A stretch of 64,000 nt of DNA. It comes from Lepidodermella squamata. Its lineage: Eukaryota > Animalia > Gastrotricha. The number at the start of each line of letters is the position of its first letter. Position 1 is the stretch's first letter. Where the stretch lies: contig JBLDXI010000032.1 in assembly GCA_047495785.1 (NCBI GenBank), positions 372,001-436,000 on the forward strand. The letters are read 5' to 3'. A model generated the notes under the pieces. That model was not told the origin of the DNA and made no database searches. It saw only the letters and a program-made list of their open reading frames with translations. The position numbers were made by a program, and so were the translations under genes. Below, piece by piece: positions 51,087-64,000 of this stretch.

Positions 51087-52159
51087 TTCGTTCGTAAATT
51101 ATCTAAAAATAAAATAAAATTCATAGTTTATCGTTTCGATCGTTTAATTTTAGATTCGCTTTCTTCTTTTAGCCCGTTGATATCAAGGAAATCTACGCCT
51201 TTTAGCGAAAATTCAGCTTCCAGTATTAGAATATTATAAGGTCTTTGTGGGCACAAAATGTGCACACCGAAAATGGTCACATGAAGACAAAAATGACGTC
51301 ATTTTTTAGCCAAATACAAAAAAATTGTGCTCATATAATAACGTATGTAAGTAATAAAGATATTAAATGACGTAAGCTTTACACATTTTAGCTGTGGCTA
51401 ATTCTTTTATTAGAACCAGGCTGGTTCTACATAGTGAAACGCTCAACCATACTTTCCTGGACGAAACCAGCGTTTGAATGGAGAGCAAAGTGTAGAAAAA
51501 GAACAACCATTTAATATCAGTTAGCCCTAAAACTAGTTTTATATCGAGGAAAACGTGCATAATAATCACTGAATTCCAAGAGCCTGTACTACGGTGACCG
51601 AGAGCAACTTGCCGTGGCTAAAAGAGCAGAAATGACGCTGACATTTAGTAAAAAAAGAGAAAAAATATTTACAAGATTATTAAAAAGAATAAGGCGAAAC
51701 TCAAAAAATTAATCAATGTGTTGCTTGAATCTCACACACGTTTTAGTAAACACAGTCGGTAACCAGGGTATCAACAGTTACAATAGATTTCTTTTAACAA
51801 AAATATGTCCGCATTGATCATCATAATAATATTTCCCGTGAACGGCAAGGCGAAAAAGTACAACAAATTAGTACATCTTCTGTTGAAACAAGACAGAAAG
51901 GCTTGGTCAATGGTAGTAGACAAATGTACAGTGTTGTAATTCAAACAAGAAAATATAAGGTAGATCGGGAAAGGCCGCCGCTTGAAGTGGCTAACAGCTA
52001 TGCAGGATGCGCCAAATGAAAGATATCAAGCACCATCATCATTTATCAGTTCTATGATCGCAAAATACTTGTCAATAACAATAATAATATAAAGTTAGCT
52101 ATAAATTTGGTCGAAATAATGGGAGATGACACAGGGAAATTAGCTGATAGTGAAAAGCC

Positions 52160-53477
52160 TTATTGTTTATTACATAGTGTTTGCGGAACGACTGCGGCTA
52201 GGTTTGCTTTATTATTATTATTAATATTAACTTCAGATTGAGACTGGTTCGGCACTGAGTTTGACGCAGAAGTAGATATCGTCAATGGAGTTATACTTTC
52301 ACCGTCGATGGGTTCGGAAGTAGACGGTTTCTGTGATTTGAAAGGCCACGCAAACTTCAATTTGAATCCAGAGCAGTTTTCTGTGGTGCCATTCTGAGGT
52401 ATTAAACTGCTGACAACCAGCTCATACACAGACATGGTTATCGCAGCGTTGGGCACTTGCCGGAAGATATGCACAGCTAAACCACGATAGAAAGCTCGCC
52501 ATCCTTCTTCACGCCATATTAAAGGAATGCATTGACGGAGTGAGCGATACCGACTGTTTTCCTGCCTCAACCGGGTCCTCAAGACTTCATGTGGGTACAT
52601 TAAGCTTGTAGCTATCGTCTTGGAGGTCGCAGAAACAGCAAGCACTCGAATCATTTCGAAAGTGCTCGAAACCGGGTAAAATGAGGCGTCGGAGTTAGAT
52701 CCGACAAACATTCGTTTCAATTCTTCGTAGAAGACGATATGTACGACAGTTTCCGCTATGCCGAGATAAGAGGCTGCGATCCCTTTGTAAAATCCTCGCA
52801 CTCCTGATTGACGATAGATGCGTTGGACTGTTCTGACAACAGAATTGTGCCGATTATCCAACTGGAGGCGAGTCTTCACCAGCCATATTGGATTCGTAGC
52901 CGTTAAACTCGTGAAACCAGCAATGCTGGCTGAAAGACCATGCAGGGCATAAAAATGAGCAACTGAAGAATCAGCATCAAAAGAGGAGCCGAATTGAGCC
53001 TTGCAATTCTGATATGTAAAGAAGAAAATTGCTCTTGTGGGTGCAACGCCGAAAATGGTGGGAGTGAGGCCTTTAAATAGACCTTTAGGTCCTTCATTGC
53101 GAAGAATGTCTCTAGATTTGGAAAATTTAGTAAAAATTAAGGTCTTTTTTTAAACCATCGGAACAATTTACTTCAGACAGTCGATGGGCTGTCGAAATAT
53201 AGTTCGTTTAGGAACCATTTGACCCTGAACATCCAAAGACATGCAACCCACAACGGCTCCTCTCCGAAACGAAGTGTATTGAGCTTCCTTCGCCGCCGTA
53301 TAGAAGTACTGATAACATGAGGACTGCAGGCGAGTTTTGATTACTTCAAGAGGGCTGGTCAATATTGCCCCGACAGTTCCAGCCGTTCTAGATATAATTG
53401 ATTGCAATGAATTATAATCACGCTTCAATGTCGAATTCTCACCCTCCAGCCACCAGATGCGCGGTAGTTTCACTCAT
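52160..53477 (-). CDS. SLC25A36: Mitochondrial pyrimidine nucleotide carrier SLC25A33/36 (Rim2-like)
   Basis: HLVAGG.AGTVGAILTSPLEVIKTRLQSS, TNPIWLVKTRLQL, YPHEVLRTRLRQ, RQVPNAAI motifs; low-complexity C-terminal extension. Confidence 0.9.
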
Positions 53478-53912
53478 GATCCATCAAGAACAAGTCAAGT
53501 CATTATTAAAAATCTAAGGGCATTTTAATCAAAATGAAACATGTAATGAATTATGCTTGTTATGCATCTGGTTGACCTCAATTATTGGCTGCTGTTTCTT
53601 CGAGAAAATCGGGACAGATTAAATGTCGTCTTTGCAATTTAAAAACTTTACAAGGAGGACAACATACACCGCAGACGTAAGCGCTGAACAAATAAACAAG
53701 TATACGGCATATTACACACCATTGGCGACCAATAGGAAAACGGTTTACGGATGTTTCATAGATAAGATTTTGGAAGCTTCTTTGATAAAACGCGTCTTGG
53801 CACCTGAATGTCCACGTGCTAGTAAAATCGATTTTCTTTTTTCAAGAACGAGCGTATCTACTCAAAAAATTAAAAAGAGCCCAATATCGATTTTATAAAA
53901 TTTAAGGTATGT

Positions 53913-54298
53913 GAAGATTATGCGCGCGGTTTTTCAAATCCCCAAAGAGGACCCGCGTAGCGCGCGCTCCCCTTCTCCCGTCGGGGAACTTGGCTTTTAA
54001 TCCGAGCGGTAGCAAGAGTACGGAGAGTTGTAACTTGGAGATTTGGGGAGGCGTTTTTGAAGGAGTAGCGCCTTTTGTCTTGCCCGGGGAAACCCTTGTA
54101 TAAAATCCTCAAAAATGCAATGTAGAGGCCTTGATCGTGAACGATAGACACGGGTTTGCCCGAAACGAGTTTTAGATTTGGCATCCGCGGCCCGCCTCCC
54201 AACGTTCAACATAGCGTAGGCGTAGAGGACATAGTTAGTCTGGCTGCCCAGCTTTTGTGTGATTGCCAGATTGCAACGCAGTTGCACCGCATATCTTC
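53913..54298 (+). ncRNA. Candidate structured non-coding RNA of unknown class
   Basis: GC-rich island in AT-rich intergenic DNA, ends pair with each other, several nested helices and a GAAA tetraloop (see finding). Confidence 0.4.
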
Positions 54299-54705
54299 GA
54301 TCGTCATTTCCGCATTCTGATTATGACTTTTTAAACGTGTATTGTATGATACCTAACCTAACGTTGGAATAGCCATCAACGTCGAAGTGCGTGTTGAAAA
54401 AAGAAGGCCGCAGTTCAGTGCGTCAACAGTTTCAGGAATCTTGACTAGACTTGGCGCCTCTCATGACTGAACCATTGATCAGAGAATTTCGTTGATTTTT
54501 GAGTCGGCTTGAAAACAACTTAACGGTAAAGTTTGTTTTGTGAACATTTTGTGACTGAATTTATTATACATAACATTTTGCCTCAACAAATATGCTGCTC
54601 ATGTCCAACTTGATGTTTCAGCCGCGTTGCTCGTTGCTTTCGCTATTATTTGCTTTCACGAAAATGTTGCTTTCAAAATTTGTATAGGTAGTTTTACTTA
54701 GCTCG

Positions 54706-57700
54706 ATGTCAAAGCAGTTTGTAAAAGCCAATCAGAATCCCAATCAAAAAGTAAAGTTTCCGTAGCGTAAAATCGGAATAATTTCCAATATATAATATTT
54801 CAGTTACGTACGAGAATTCCATCGCAGCAGGCTATAGCAGCATTTTTTGGTACGAAAAGCTCGAAGGGAGACGATGGGAATCGGAAAGAATCCGCCGGGG
54901 CTCTGAAAGCTACGCGCCGGCTGTCCCCTGCCAACGACTTAACTATCGACTTGTTAAATACATCCAGCAAACGCCAGAAGATGAGTCATCCAACTCGTAG
55001 CTTCAATGTTGGAATCAATGGGAATGAAGAAAAATCTCGCGTTCAAAACTTCTCGTCAAATTCTAACCCGCCTGAAGGCTATTTCTCTGACTCTGTTGTG
55101 GTAATAAGCTCACCTCAAAAGGAAAATATTGCGTCTGGTGGGCATTTTGCGGAAGATGATATGATCGATGATGCTTGCCTGCTCGCGTTTGCCAGCGACG
55201 CTGACTTTGAGGAAGAAGTCGCTCAATCAAACAATTGGGCTTTTTCACATCAGACGGACGTAGTGCGCGGCAGTGTTTCTCGAGTTTTACGCCACACTGA
55301 TCGCCTAGAAATTGTGATTTGCAAAGGAAACTTGCCAGAAAACGCCGAGATGACCGTCGAGTTAGATGGTTATTGGGCCGAATGTGCTGTTCAAGAGGGT
55401 GATATTTGTAATATCATTCTCGATTCGCCTAAGTTGTTGACCAGTTCGGATAAAATTGTTGTTGATGATATGCAAAATTTATTGGTATTACACCCGGATA
55501 CTTTGGTCAGCGCCACGAATCTTGTTGGGTCAATGAACTGTGTTCGGCAAACAGTTTTGAATGACAAATTTCCATTTCCATCGGTTTCGATTCACTCGCC
55601 AACTACGAATAAGGCAATGTTGATCGGTTCAGCTGTTCACGAGCTGTTTCAGTGGGCGATTGTGCAGAAAACCTCGAAAAAACTAGTTGATGCCAAAATG
55701 TTGTCCTCACAATTGACACGCGTTTTTGCCCAACCGAGATTTCTGCAAGATCTGTACAGCATCGGACAAACTGCGAAATTGGAAGACATTATTGCTGAAA
55801 TCACGACGCTGTATATCCCAGCTATTCTTCAATTTTCGACCGCGCAAGTCGGCGAAATGGTAGAAGTTCGCGATATTGAAGAAAACGTGTGGTCTCCTCG
55901 TTTCGGTGTCAAGGGGAAAGTAAGTCGGCTTCGATCATTTCATGATCAAATATTCCTTGCACTTTAAAATAGATTGATGCGAGTATAAAAATAATGCTGA
56001 AAGGTTCGAAGGCTTTGGTTCCATTGGAATTGAAAACTGGCCAAGCTTCTAAATCGAGGGAGCATTATGGACAGGTAAATTTTCGATAGTTCAGCGATTG
56101 ATAAAATCTAAAAATTAATCTCTTAGGCCATGTTATACAGTCTATTATTGGCTGATCGTTATGGTAGCCATGTGGTGCCTGATTTTGGACTGTTATCTTA
56201 CCTGAAAAACGCAAACAAGGACACCCAATGCATTAAAGTCACAAGGGTGAAGCAAGCCGTTCAAGGTATTATTTCGAGGAGTATCTAATTTCAATATATC
56301 ATAAAAATTTTCCAGGTTTAATGCAAACTCGGAATGAACTGGCTCATTTTCTAGCGAAACCTTGGACACCGGACGGATCAAACTTGCCGCCGCCGATTAC
56401 TAATGAGCGCACCTGCTCTTGGTGCCCGCAGTCGATAAATTGTGCTTTGATTACGCGCTCAGCCTTGAATGAAAACATCAGACCAGTGTCCTCTATCGTG
56501 TCGAATTTGATCTCAAGTTTTAGCGAAAGCGATGTCGCGTTCTGGTCGAAATGGATGGCTATACTAAATGCTGAGTACGGAGTTCAGGAAGGCGTTGAAA
56601 AGTGGATAAACAAATTTTGGCAACTCTCTGTCGACGAAATGGAAGCATCTGGGCAAACTCTTGGTCATTTGCTGCTAACAAAGGTTACTAATCACGACAA
56701 CGGCACCGACCAGCCTGATTTCTGCCTTGAATTCACGCGAAAGAAAGATCACGAATTACCAGAATCGATTAAATGTTCTTCTAGTTCTCCATTTAGCGAG
56801 TCATTTTCCGAGGATGAAAATTTCCGCCCGCGAATGCTGGTCAGTTCGGGTGTTCCCGGCGATCGAAAATTCGTCGGATTTTGTTTTGCCACTCTTCAAA
56901 ACGTATCCGTCTGCAATGAAACTTACACGTGCAAGGTCATTGCTGAGAAAGATTTTCGAAAACTTTACCCAGATAGTAAGTTTTAAGTGACGATGATATT
57001 TTTTATTTAACCGATTTCCCATTTCAGTAAAAGAGTATCGTTTGGACGTAGTTTCTTCGTCATTTTCCAACGGCTTTTCTTACAAGATGGGAGTCTCTAA
57101 TATGTCGACTATGTTTGAAAATCTCCCTGATTTGTATGTTTCTTGAACTTTATTATTGGCAGTGTTGTATTATTCATCGACTTTTTAGTACCCGGATTCG
57201 ATCTTTGGTCACCGGCCATCGTTTGCCTCAAAGAAAACGAAATTTGCGGAAACCTGACCTGGAAGCTCTTCAGAAAATTGTGTCGCTTAAAAAATTAACC
57301 AGGTTACAAAAGGAGGTCGTGCTGCGAGTTTTATTGGCCGAGGATTTTCTACTGGTTCGAGGCTATCCCGGTACTGGAAAATCTACCACGATCGCCTGTT
57401 TGATCCGATCGCTAGTGGCCCTTGGGCAGAGCATAATTCTAGCCGCTTATACAAACACAGCCGTTGACTCGATTTTGACAAAATTAGTCTCGTCCCCTAC
57501 AGAAACTTTCGAAGATTCGAAAATTTTACGAATTGGCCCGCTTGAACGGGTTGCGCCTGGTCTTCAACGATTTGCCGAACGATCGCGGCTTAAAAAGGTG
57601 AAAACACTGGACGATTTGATATCGTTATACGAAACACCTCAGATTGTTGCCGGGACGTGTCACGCCCTTTTCAATCACGCGTTGTTTTCTCGCCGTAAAT

Positions 57701-58629
57701 TTTCCGTTTGCATCGTCGACGAGGCTAGTCAAACGCTACTGCCAACTTGCCTCGGCCCTATATTCTGCGCTGAGAAGTTTGTTCTTGTCGGTGATCCTAA
57801 CCAGCTGTCACCGTTGCTTGTTAACGCGGTTGAGCAGGCGAAAGACTGCGAACTCAGCTTGCTCGACCAGTTGTTGAAACATTGCAATTCAAATGAAAAG
57901 GCAGCGAAAGACGCGATTTGCGACCTAACGGAACAGTTCAGAATGAATTCGGAAATCCTGAGAATTCCAAACGCTCTTTATTACGAAAATCGACTGACCT
58001 GTGGTAAAGAAATGGAAAATGCCACCTTAAATATTCAGCAAAAATCATGGAATTCTGAAATTTTGGAAAAATTATCAAGCTCCGGACTGAGTGACTCATT
58101 CCTGTTCTTTGATACTACGTCTCTGTCGCTGGTGAAGAATTCTAGCTCAACTCGAACCTCGAATCATGATGAAGCTATGCTTGTTGCCCGCCTTGTTCAA
58201 TTTTATATGCAATTTGATGAGATTCCAGCGGCGGAAATCGGCGTGATTTCACCATTCACCGATCAAGTTCGATTGATTTCAAAAATGTTGGCAGAAAATC
58301 TGAAAATTTCAGACGTTGAGGTCAACACTGTCGATCAGTACCAAGGTCGTGAAAAATCCGTGATTTTACTATCTTTCGTCAAAAGAGAGACGATATCTGA
58401 TTCGAAAAATCAGCAATCAACGTCTGAAAATCGAGGAATTTTATCGAATGGCAAGCGCTTGAATGTCGCGCTGACTAGAGCTCAGAAAAAGCTGATCGTT
58501 GTCGGTTCGCTGAATCATTTGATCTCGCAATTTCCGCCCGTTGCCGATATGGCTCGGCTGCTTCGGCCCGAACAGATCATTCCGTTCGGAAATGACGATT
58601 TTAACTGCCTTGTTGACGCGAGTTCTTAG
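54706..58629 (+). CDS. DNA2: DNA replication ATP-dependent helicase/nuclease DNA2
   Basis: Multi-exon; LVLHPDTLVSAT..CVRQTVL, DIEENVWSPRFGVKGKIDA, PLELKTG, CSWCPQSINC Fe-S motif, GYPGTGKSTT, IVDEASQ, LVGDPNQL, VNTVDQYQGREK, RLNVALTRA. Confidence 0.95.
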
Positions 58630-60856
58630 ATATCCTTTTTGTTTTTTTTACATTATTATTATTATGTTGATTTTAACCTGCCCGGTGCAATTATGCCTTG
58701 TTTGCCCTAAAATAGAAAAATATAGTAATAAAATTCATTAGCGATTTTTTTGTTCTGGTTCTAGAAAATTATATGTTCCCGAGAGGGTGGCCCTCGAAAA
58801 AGTTGCACCATGTTATCCGCGTTGTGTGTGTTGAATTCATGCGATGGGTATATATACATTTTCAGCCGGCCGCAAAGCAGCAATCATAAATAATGACCAA
58901 TGGATCATGCACGCTAGATCAAAGTGCACGCTTTTTATAAACACCCTCCATTTGAGTTGGGTAAGGGTATTAATTTCCTTGCTATGGGCGTTTTTTTCGC
59001 GTGCACAAGTGTCATATTTTTCGTACGCCTGGCTTTGACCAGTGCAACTATTGGCTATTGTCAAAAGGAGAGTGACGTAGGTTAAGAAAAACATTGCGCA
59101 TATCGCTTCTATAGCCGTTCGATGGCGTATAATTATATTGAGAGAGTTATTTTCAATTTAATATTTATTAATAATAAAATAATAACATAAGAGTTGCGTG
59201 CTGTTAAAAAATTCTTGAGACAGGGTAGTTTATTGACGAGAGCAGACGTGAATAGCGCGCTGGCCACTCGCGCGGCGGCTCCTACCTTTGCGCACTTGGG
59301 CCAATTTTTAGGTGGTTGTTTTTCTATATACAACGTGCGCGTACGCGTAATTTAAATATCAAATTTAAGTATTCGCACAAAGGACACTCGAAAGAATATA
59401 TATTATAACGAAGAAGAGTTACTCGCTAAGAAAAATAACTAATATTCAAGACGTCGCATTAGACGGTAATGACAAAAGCGGCAGTATATGTTTGATATAC
59501 ACCCGTTATAATATACGAAGTGAAGGTGTTTTTGGTCACCCATATTTTATTTAGCGGCGAATAGAGCGACGGCGCGCATTGCATTCATCAGAATACACAC
59601 AGGTGGCGAAAAACAGGCTCGCAAGGGAGCGGTATACAATAAAACAACATTGACGCAGGTAGGTATTATACTACGATTATTGGCGGCGTCTTCTTCTTTT
59701 TTAGCGCCAAATTTTTGTTTATAAAATGTAACATTTTCTTATATTATATAACGTGTAAAATCATAACGCTCTTCTTAACAATGTGTATACGTTTGTTATT
59801 ATTAGTGTAATGGTGAAAAGGCTGAGCCGCCGGGTTTCAGGTGCGTATTTTATTAATGAAGTACTGGGCCGTGTGTTTCGATAAAATATTTCAATATTCA
59901 ACAGTTGGGTAGTATTAATAATAGGGCGAGTACTTGCCGCTGCGAATAATCATCGCATTTGTTGCGTTGCCAGGCGTCGCCGTAAACAGCGGTGTGTATG
60001 CGCGCCCTTTTTCGGTTGAGCCTGCGATGAAAATACGCGATGACTAGCGCGTAGTCATTTTGGCGCGCGCGCGCACACTGCTGAATAGCCACAGGTTGGC
60101 GCGCAGGTAGTAAAATATTTGCTTCTTTTAGGGCGCAAAATTCTTCCACTAAAATAATAATAAAACAATAATACCTTAGCAGACACGACTCCTTCATCTA
60201 CCCATCTCCCGCGAGCACCTATTGACGGATGTAATAATAATAATAATATTGGTAGGCATGCTGGCGAGAAATTGTGCTCATCGTGATTGACCCGTGTCGT
60301 GCTGTGAGCGTTTTATTGAGCGCGCCCGCTCGCGCCTATACAAGAAAGCGCCTCGACGAGTGAGAAACAACTTTTTTGCGCGACCTTCCATCGACCCGAA
60401 ACGATAAAACGCCAGCTCAATACTAACATGCGCTAAAAATTCGATTTTTTCCTACCGTTATTTTCCCCGAATTTTTTCCTTTCGCGTTATATCTTATGTT
60501 CCACTTTACGCGTTTATTTTACAAGCCTAATTAATTGGCTTAGGCGGCCAGACTGCTGACCCTGGCGAAATTTCTCGAGTCTTTCCAGTTAATTAAGCGT
60601 GACGCGTTTTTCGAAGCTTGGCAAGCGCGGCCACACCTTTGACCCATAATAGCTCTATATTTGTGTTTACTGTTATAATAATCGCCGAAAACAGTCGTAG
60701 ATGTTGTTAACAATAGCAAGTCGAACTGCTGGCTAGCTCGGTTTTATCAATTACCTCCGGTCGCCGTCCGACCTGAGCGCGAGAATATATATTAGCAATT
60801 TTTAATCAAATTTCAGCCCGAAAAAATTGGTCCTCCTCCTCGCGGGAAACTGTTGA

Positions 60857-63800
60857 ATGGCAACAGATTTTTCGATGATGGACAACAAGCATCATGGCAT
60901 ACCTTCTATACGACTTCACGGCGTTGATCGTGGAATGAACAATAACCACCATTTTCTAGCCCCAGCGCCCATGGGCCCACCCCCGGGTGGCATCATGATA
61001 AGCGCACCTATACTGAACCCGGCGTCGAACGGCGCCTCGAACCGGCCGTTTCAGCGCTTCGTCGGCTCTTCGTCGCTAGTTCAGCGGAATTTATCCGGCG
61101 GCAGCTCTGGGTCGCACAACAGCTCCGCAAGTTCCGGCCACTCCCACCACCACCATCACCACCATCACCACCACCACGGGTCGAATAACGACGACGAACT
61201 CCTCGACGATTCGTTGACAAATTTAGGGTGGCTACAAAGCGTGAAGCTGGGCGTGCTACCCGGCTCGACACCGCCGACCAGCCCGCGGAATGGGCTCATG
61301 ATGAAAGCGCCCATGTCCGCCGGGCTGCCGAGCGCGTCGTCTAGCGTTCTAGCGATGCAGCATTCGAATTACGGCGGCGGGCAGGCGGGCAACGCGTCGC
61401 CCTATGTGACAACTCCGCGCGGTTCTCAGTTGTTGAAGGCGCCGCAAGCGCAGCAAATATTTATCACGGCCAACGGCGAGCACCATTTAGTGCCAGCCGG
61501 CATGGAGCCGCTTCAAATCACCGGTAATAACGACGCCTGGTCACACCTGGACGCAAATGGTTACTACACCAACCAGGTAAAGAAATTTTGTTCGTCTTTT
61601 TTTTATAGATTTTTTTTACTAAAATCTCAAGGGAAATTGAAGAATGGAGGTCTTGCTCCGGTTTCGACTTCTTTTTATGTAATTTCCGTCTGGGTCGCGG
61701 GATCTCGATTTCCACATTGATTTAATTAAAATAGCCTCAAATTGGTTTATAAACTTTTTTACTGAGAATGGAGCTAAGATCAAACGAAGTACTGAAATTT
61801 TTTTGAGATTCCTATTCAACCCATTTTTTTTTGTTAAACTGTATTTTTCACTTTCACTTTGGTGCTGCCAATTTTAGGGAAAAGTTTAGGGTTTAATAAT
61901 TAATGATAGCATGCAATAAATCGATAAAAACAGCTTTGGCTCATTGAACACCTAGAATCCCATTTGATATTGCATCGATTCGGGTAGAGAATCAGTACAA
62001 AGAACCAAGAGGGAAAATTTCGGAGTTCCCAATTTTAACCTGATAAAGAATTTGGGCACAGCGACAAAACAGCAACTGCACGAAACAGCGAATGCGACAA
62101 AACAGCAAATTTTTAATTTCGCGACAAAACAGCGAAAACTTATAATGCAAAGATGAACGTGTTTCTGCTGTTATGTCGCAAGTTGAAAAATTTGCTGTTT
62201 TGTCGCTTTTGCTGTTTTGGGTGTTTTCTGTTATGACGGTCTTCCAGAATTTGAAAGAATTAAAAAATATATGAATTCGAATTTTATGGATAATTTTTTT
62301 TATTTCAGGCTGGCCACGTCACTCTTCCTCCAATTTGTACAGTTATGGAGCCTGCTCCTCCGTCATCGCTCGACCAGTTGATAGCTGGTACGGCGAATAT
62401 TCATCTGAAGCCGACGTATTCCTACTCGCAGTTGATCTACTTCGCGCTGACCAGCTCGCCGGACAAGCCGCAGATGAGCCTGCAAGAGATCTACGACTGG
62501 ATAATGGACAACTACCCGTACTTCCGGTCGGCGGACCCAAGCTGGCAGAACTCGGTGCGGCACAACTTGCAGCTGAACCGCTGCTTCGAGCGCGTGTCGC
62601 GGAAACGCGACGCCACAACGGGCATGCTGCTGCCGACGCAGAAAACGTCGCTGTGGCAGTTGTCGCGCAACTACGCCTTCCTGCTCGAGAGCGCCGGCGA
62701 TGTCGGCGACGACGAGCTTTCGCCTCGGCGCCGCTTCGGGGCCATGGACACCCTCGAAGAACCTAGCAAGCGCCTCAAGGTAATTGCCATCGGCCAAAAT
62801 ATTCGCACCCTATAATTGAGATTCCAGTCTCAAATTTGAGCGCTCGAGCTCTAAATTTATTGCGTTTTCGAATTTTTCTTGATCGATGACGATTGAGCAA
62901 ATTACCCTTGGATTTTTATTTTAGCTACTTGGGACCCTCAGGTATATAGGCAATTTTTTAATTTTGGCTGCTGATATCGGAAAAATCACTGATTTTGAAA
63001 TTCGATATACCTATTTCGCATATTCGGTACTTGAAAAGAGGAGAAAAACCATATTTTGGTGAAATGTTGAGCTGGAGCCTCAATTTGACTTATTATGGCC
63101 AACATTTATCGGCACCCGCTAAAATAAATTAATGAACTTTTACAGAAATTTTACTGAACGGCGAAATTCGATTTTTATTTCTATAAACTTTCTGCTGGTC
63201 ACATTTCAAAGAAACATTGCCATAGCCCTTAAATTATTGAGCAACGATTGAGTTGGGTGACCAATTTCGAAATCAAATTTAGTTTTTATGTGAGATGCCG
63301 ATGTCTATTCGATTTTCGTCTATTTAGAGGCTTCTGGAGTAATGACTGCATTATTTTGGCAAATTTTTCTAACTTTTTCTATTTTTTTTTACTTTTTTTA
63401 CCGAACCTATCACGTAAGATGTTTTTGCAAATTTTACTGAAATAGTCGATGCCCAAACTTGGAAACATTATAGCTGTAGTTCCCGAATAGCAAAATGTCA
63501 ACCACGCAAACTTATACCTGGCTATTCTATAGTATACCTATACCATATAATGAGCACATGTTTTTTTACCACTTTATTACGGGTTTTACCGAACATATTA
63601 TTGTAGTGCGTGAGTGCTTTCTGTATATTCCCCACATACTGCCCAACCCATATCGTTACTATGTAAATAGCCCGGTTAGCTCAGTCGGTAGAGCATGGGA
63701 CTCTTAATCCCAGGGTCGTGGGTTTGAGCCCCACATCGGGCGTTTCATTTTTTTATTTTTTTACATTTTTTTCTCTTCCCTAAAATTATTCAGAATTTTT

Positions 63801-64000
63801 TTATTTTAATAATTTATGATGATTTTATAGGTTTCCGGTGACCTGACGGATTTATTTGGTCCTGAATTAATAAACGATCTACTATCGGCCGAATCGGCTC
63901 TCTTCACGGATTTGGCCACGGACGGTGAACATCCCGGCTTACTAGGTGCGCCCTCTGCTTTCAACATCCCGCCGCTGAACCTGGGCGGCGGCGGCTCCGC
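60857..64000 (+). CDS. FOXJ1: Forkhead transcription factor, FoxJ1-like (truncated by window end)
   Basis: Exons 60857-61576, 62309-62779, 63831->64000; N-terminal LDDSLTNLGWLQ motif and forkhead KPTYSYSQLI..IYDWIMDNYPYFRSADPSWQNSVRHNLQLNRCF; poly-His tract. Confidence 0.8.
62058..62237. repeat. Foldback repeat built from GCGACAAAACAGC units
   Basis: Forward copies of GCGACAAAACAGC (62061-62134) face reverse copies GCTGTT(T/A)TGTCGC (62167-62206) across a short spacer. Confidence 0.75.
63670..63742 (+). tRNA. trnK-CTT: tRNA-Lys(CTT), intronic in the Fox gene; T-loop variant
   Basis: GCCCGGTTAGCTCAGTCGGTAGAGCATGGGACTCTTAATCCCAGGGTCGTGGGTTTGAGCCCCACATCGGGCG: full cloverleaf, anticodon CTT, followed by T runs. 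Confidence 0.9.

Noticed and set aside
53946-53990. Assignment of the structured element as RNase MRP or RNase P RNA
   Set aside because: GAGGAC..CTCCCCTT..GGGGAA is reminiscent, but the conserved P4 strands (GAAAGUCCCC / GGGGCU type) could not be found; left unassigned.
54351-54363. ACCTAACCTAACG as a telomerase template
   Set aside because: Lies outside the folded element, no adjacent pseudoknot identified, and the telomere repeat of this organism is unknown.

Overview
Gene-dense window from a compact eukaryotic (invertebrate animal-type) nuclear genome with mostly ~45-70 nt GT-AG introns; no prokaryotic features or CRISPR. About 20 protein-coding genes: Rbfox/Fox-1, a Ly6/uPAR three-finger protein, ALG11, PICK1, macroH2A, JMJD4, CMTR2, SDF2, YIPF1, three tandem SRSF3/7-like RRM+zinc-knuckle genes, a divergent dynamin/Mx-like GTPase, a sushi-domain membrane protein, an orphan Ser/Pro-rich gene, cytohesin, two mitochondrial carriers, a coiled-coil gene, a Maf bZIP, DNA2 and a FoxJ1-like gene running off the end. 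Also a tRNA-Lys(CTT) and at least three transposon relics. Main highlights: (1) macroH2A has a duplicated pair of mutually exclusive macrodomain exons, a different exon from the vertebrate macroH2A1.1/1.2 switch, with a perfect 10-bp intronic complementary pair around the first copy; (2) YIPF1-SDF2-CMTR2-JMJD4 looks like a trans-spliced operon, with a poly(A) hexamer 35-41 nt before an unpaired 3' splice site at all three junctions; (3) an unexplained ~385-nt multi-helix RNA-like element upstream of DNA2; (4) an SR-gene triplet with RS domains largely replaced by RGG/RD, apparent intron sliding and a GAYGAY-rich poison exon. Exon structures were assembled by eye and need transcript confirmation.
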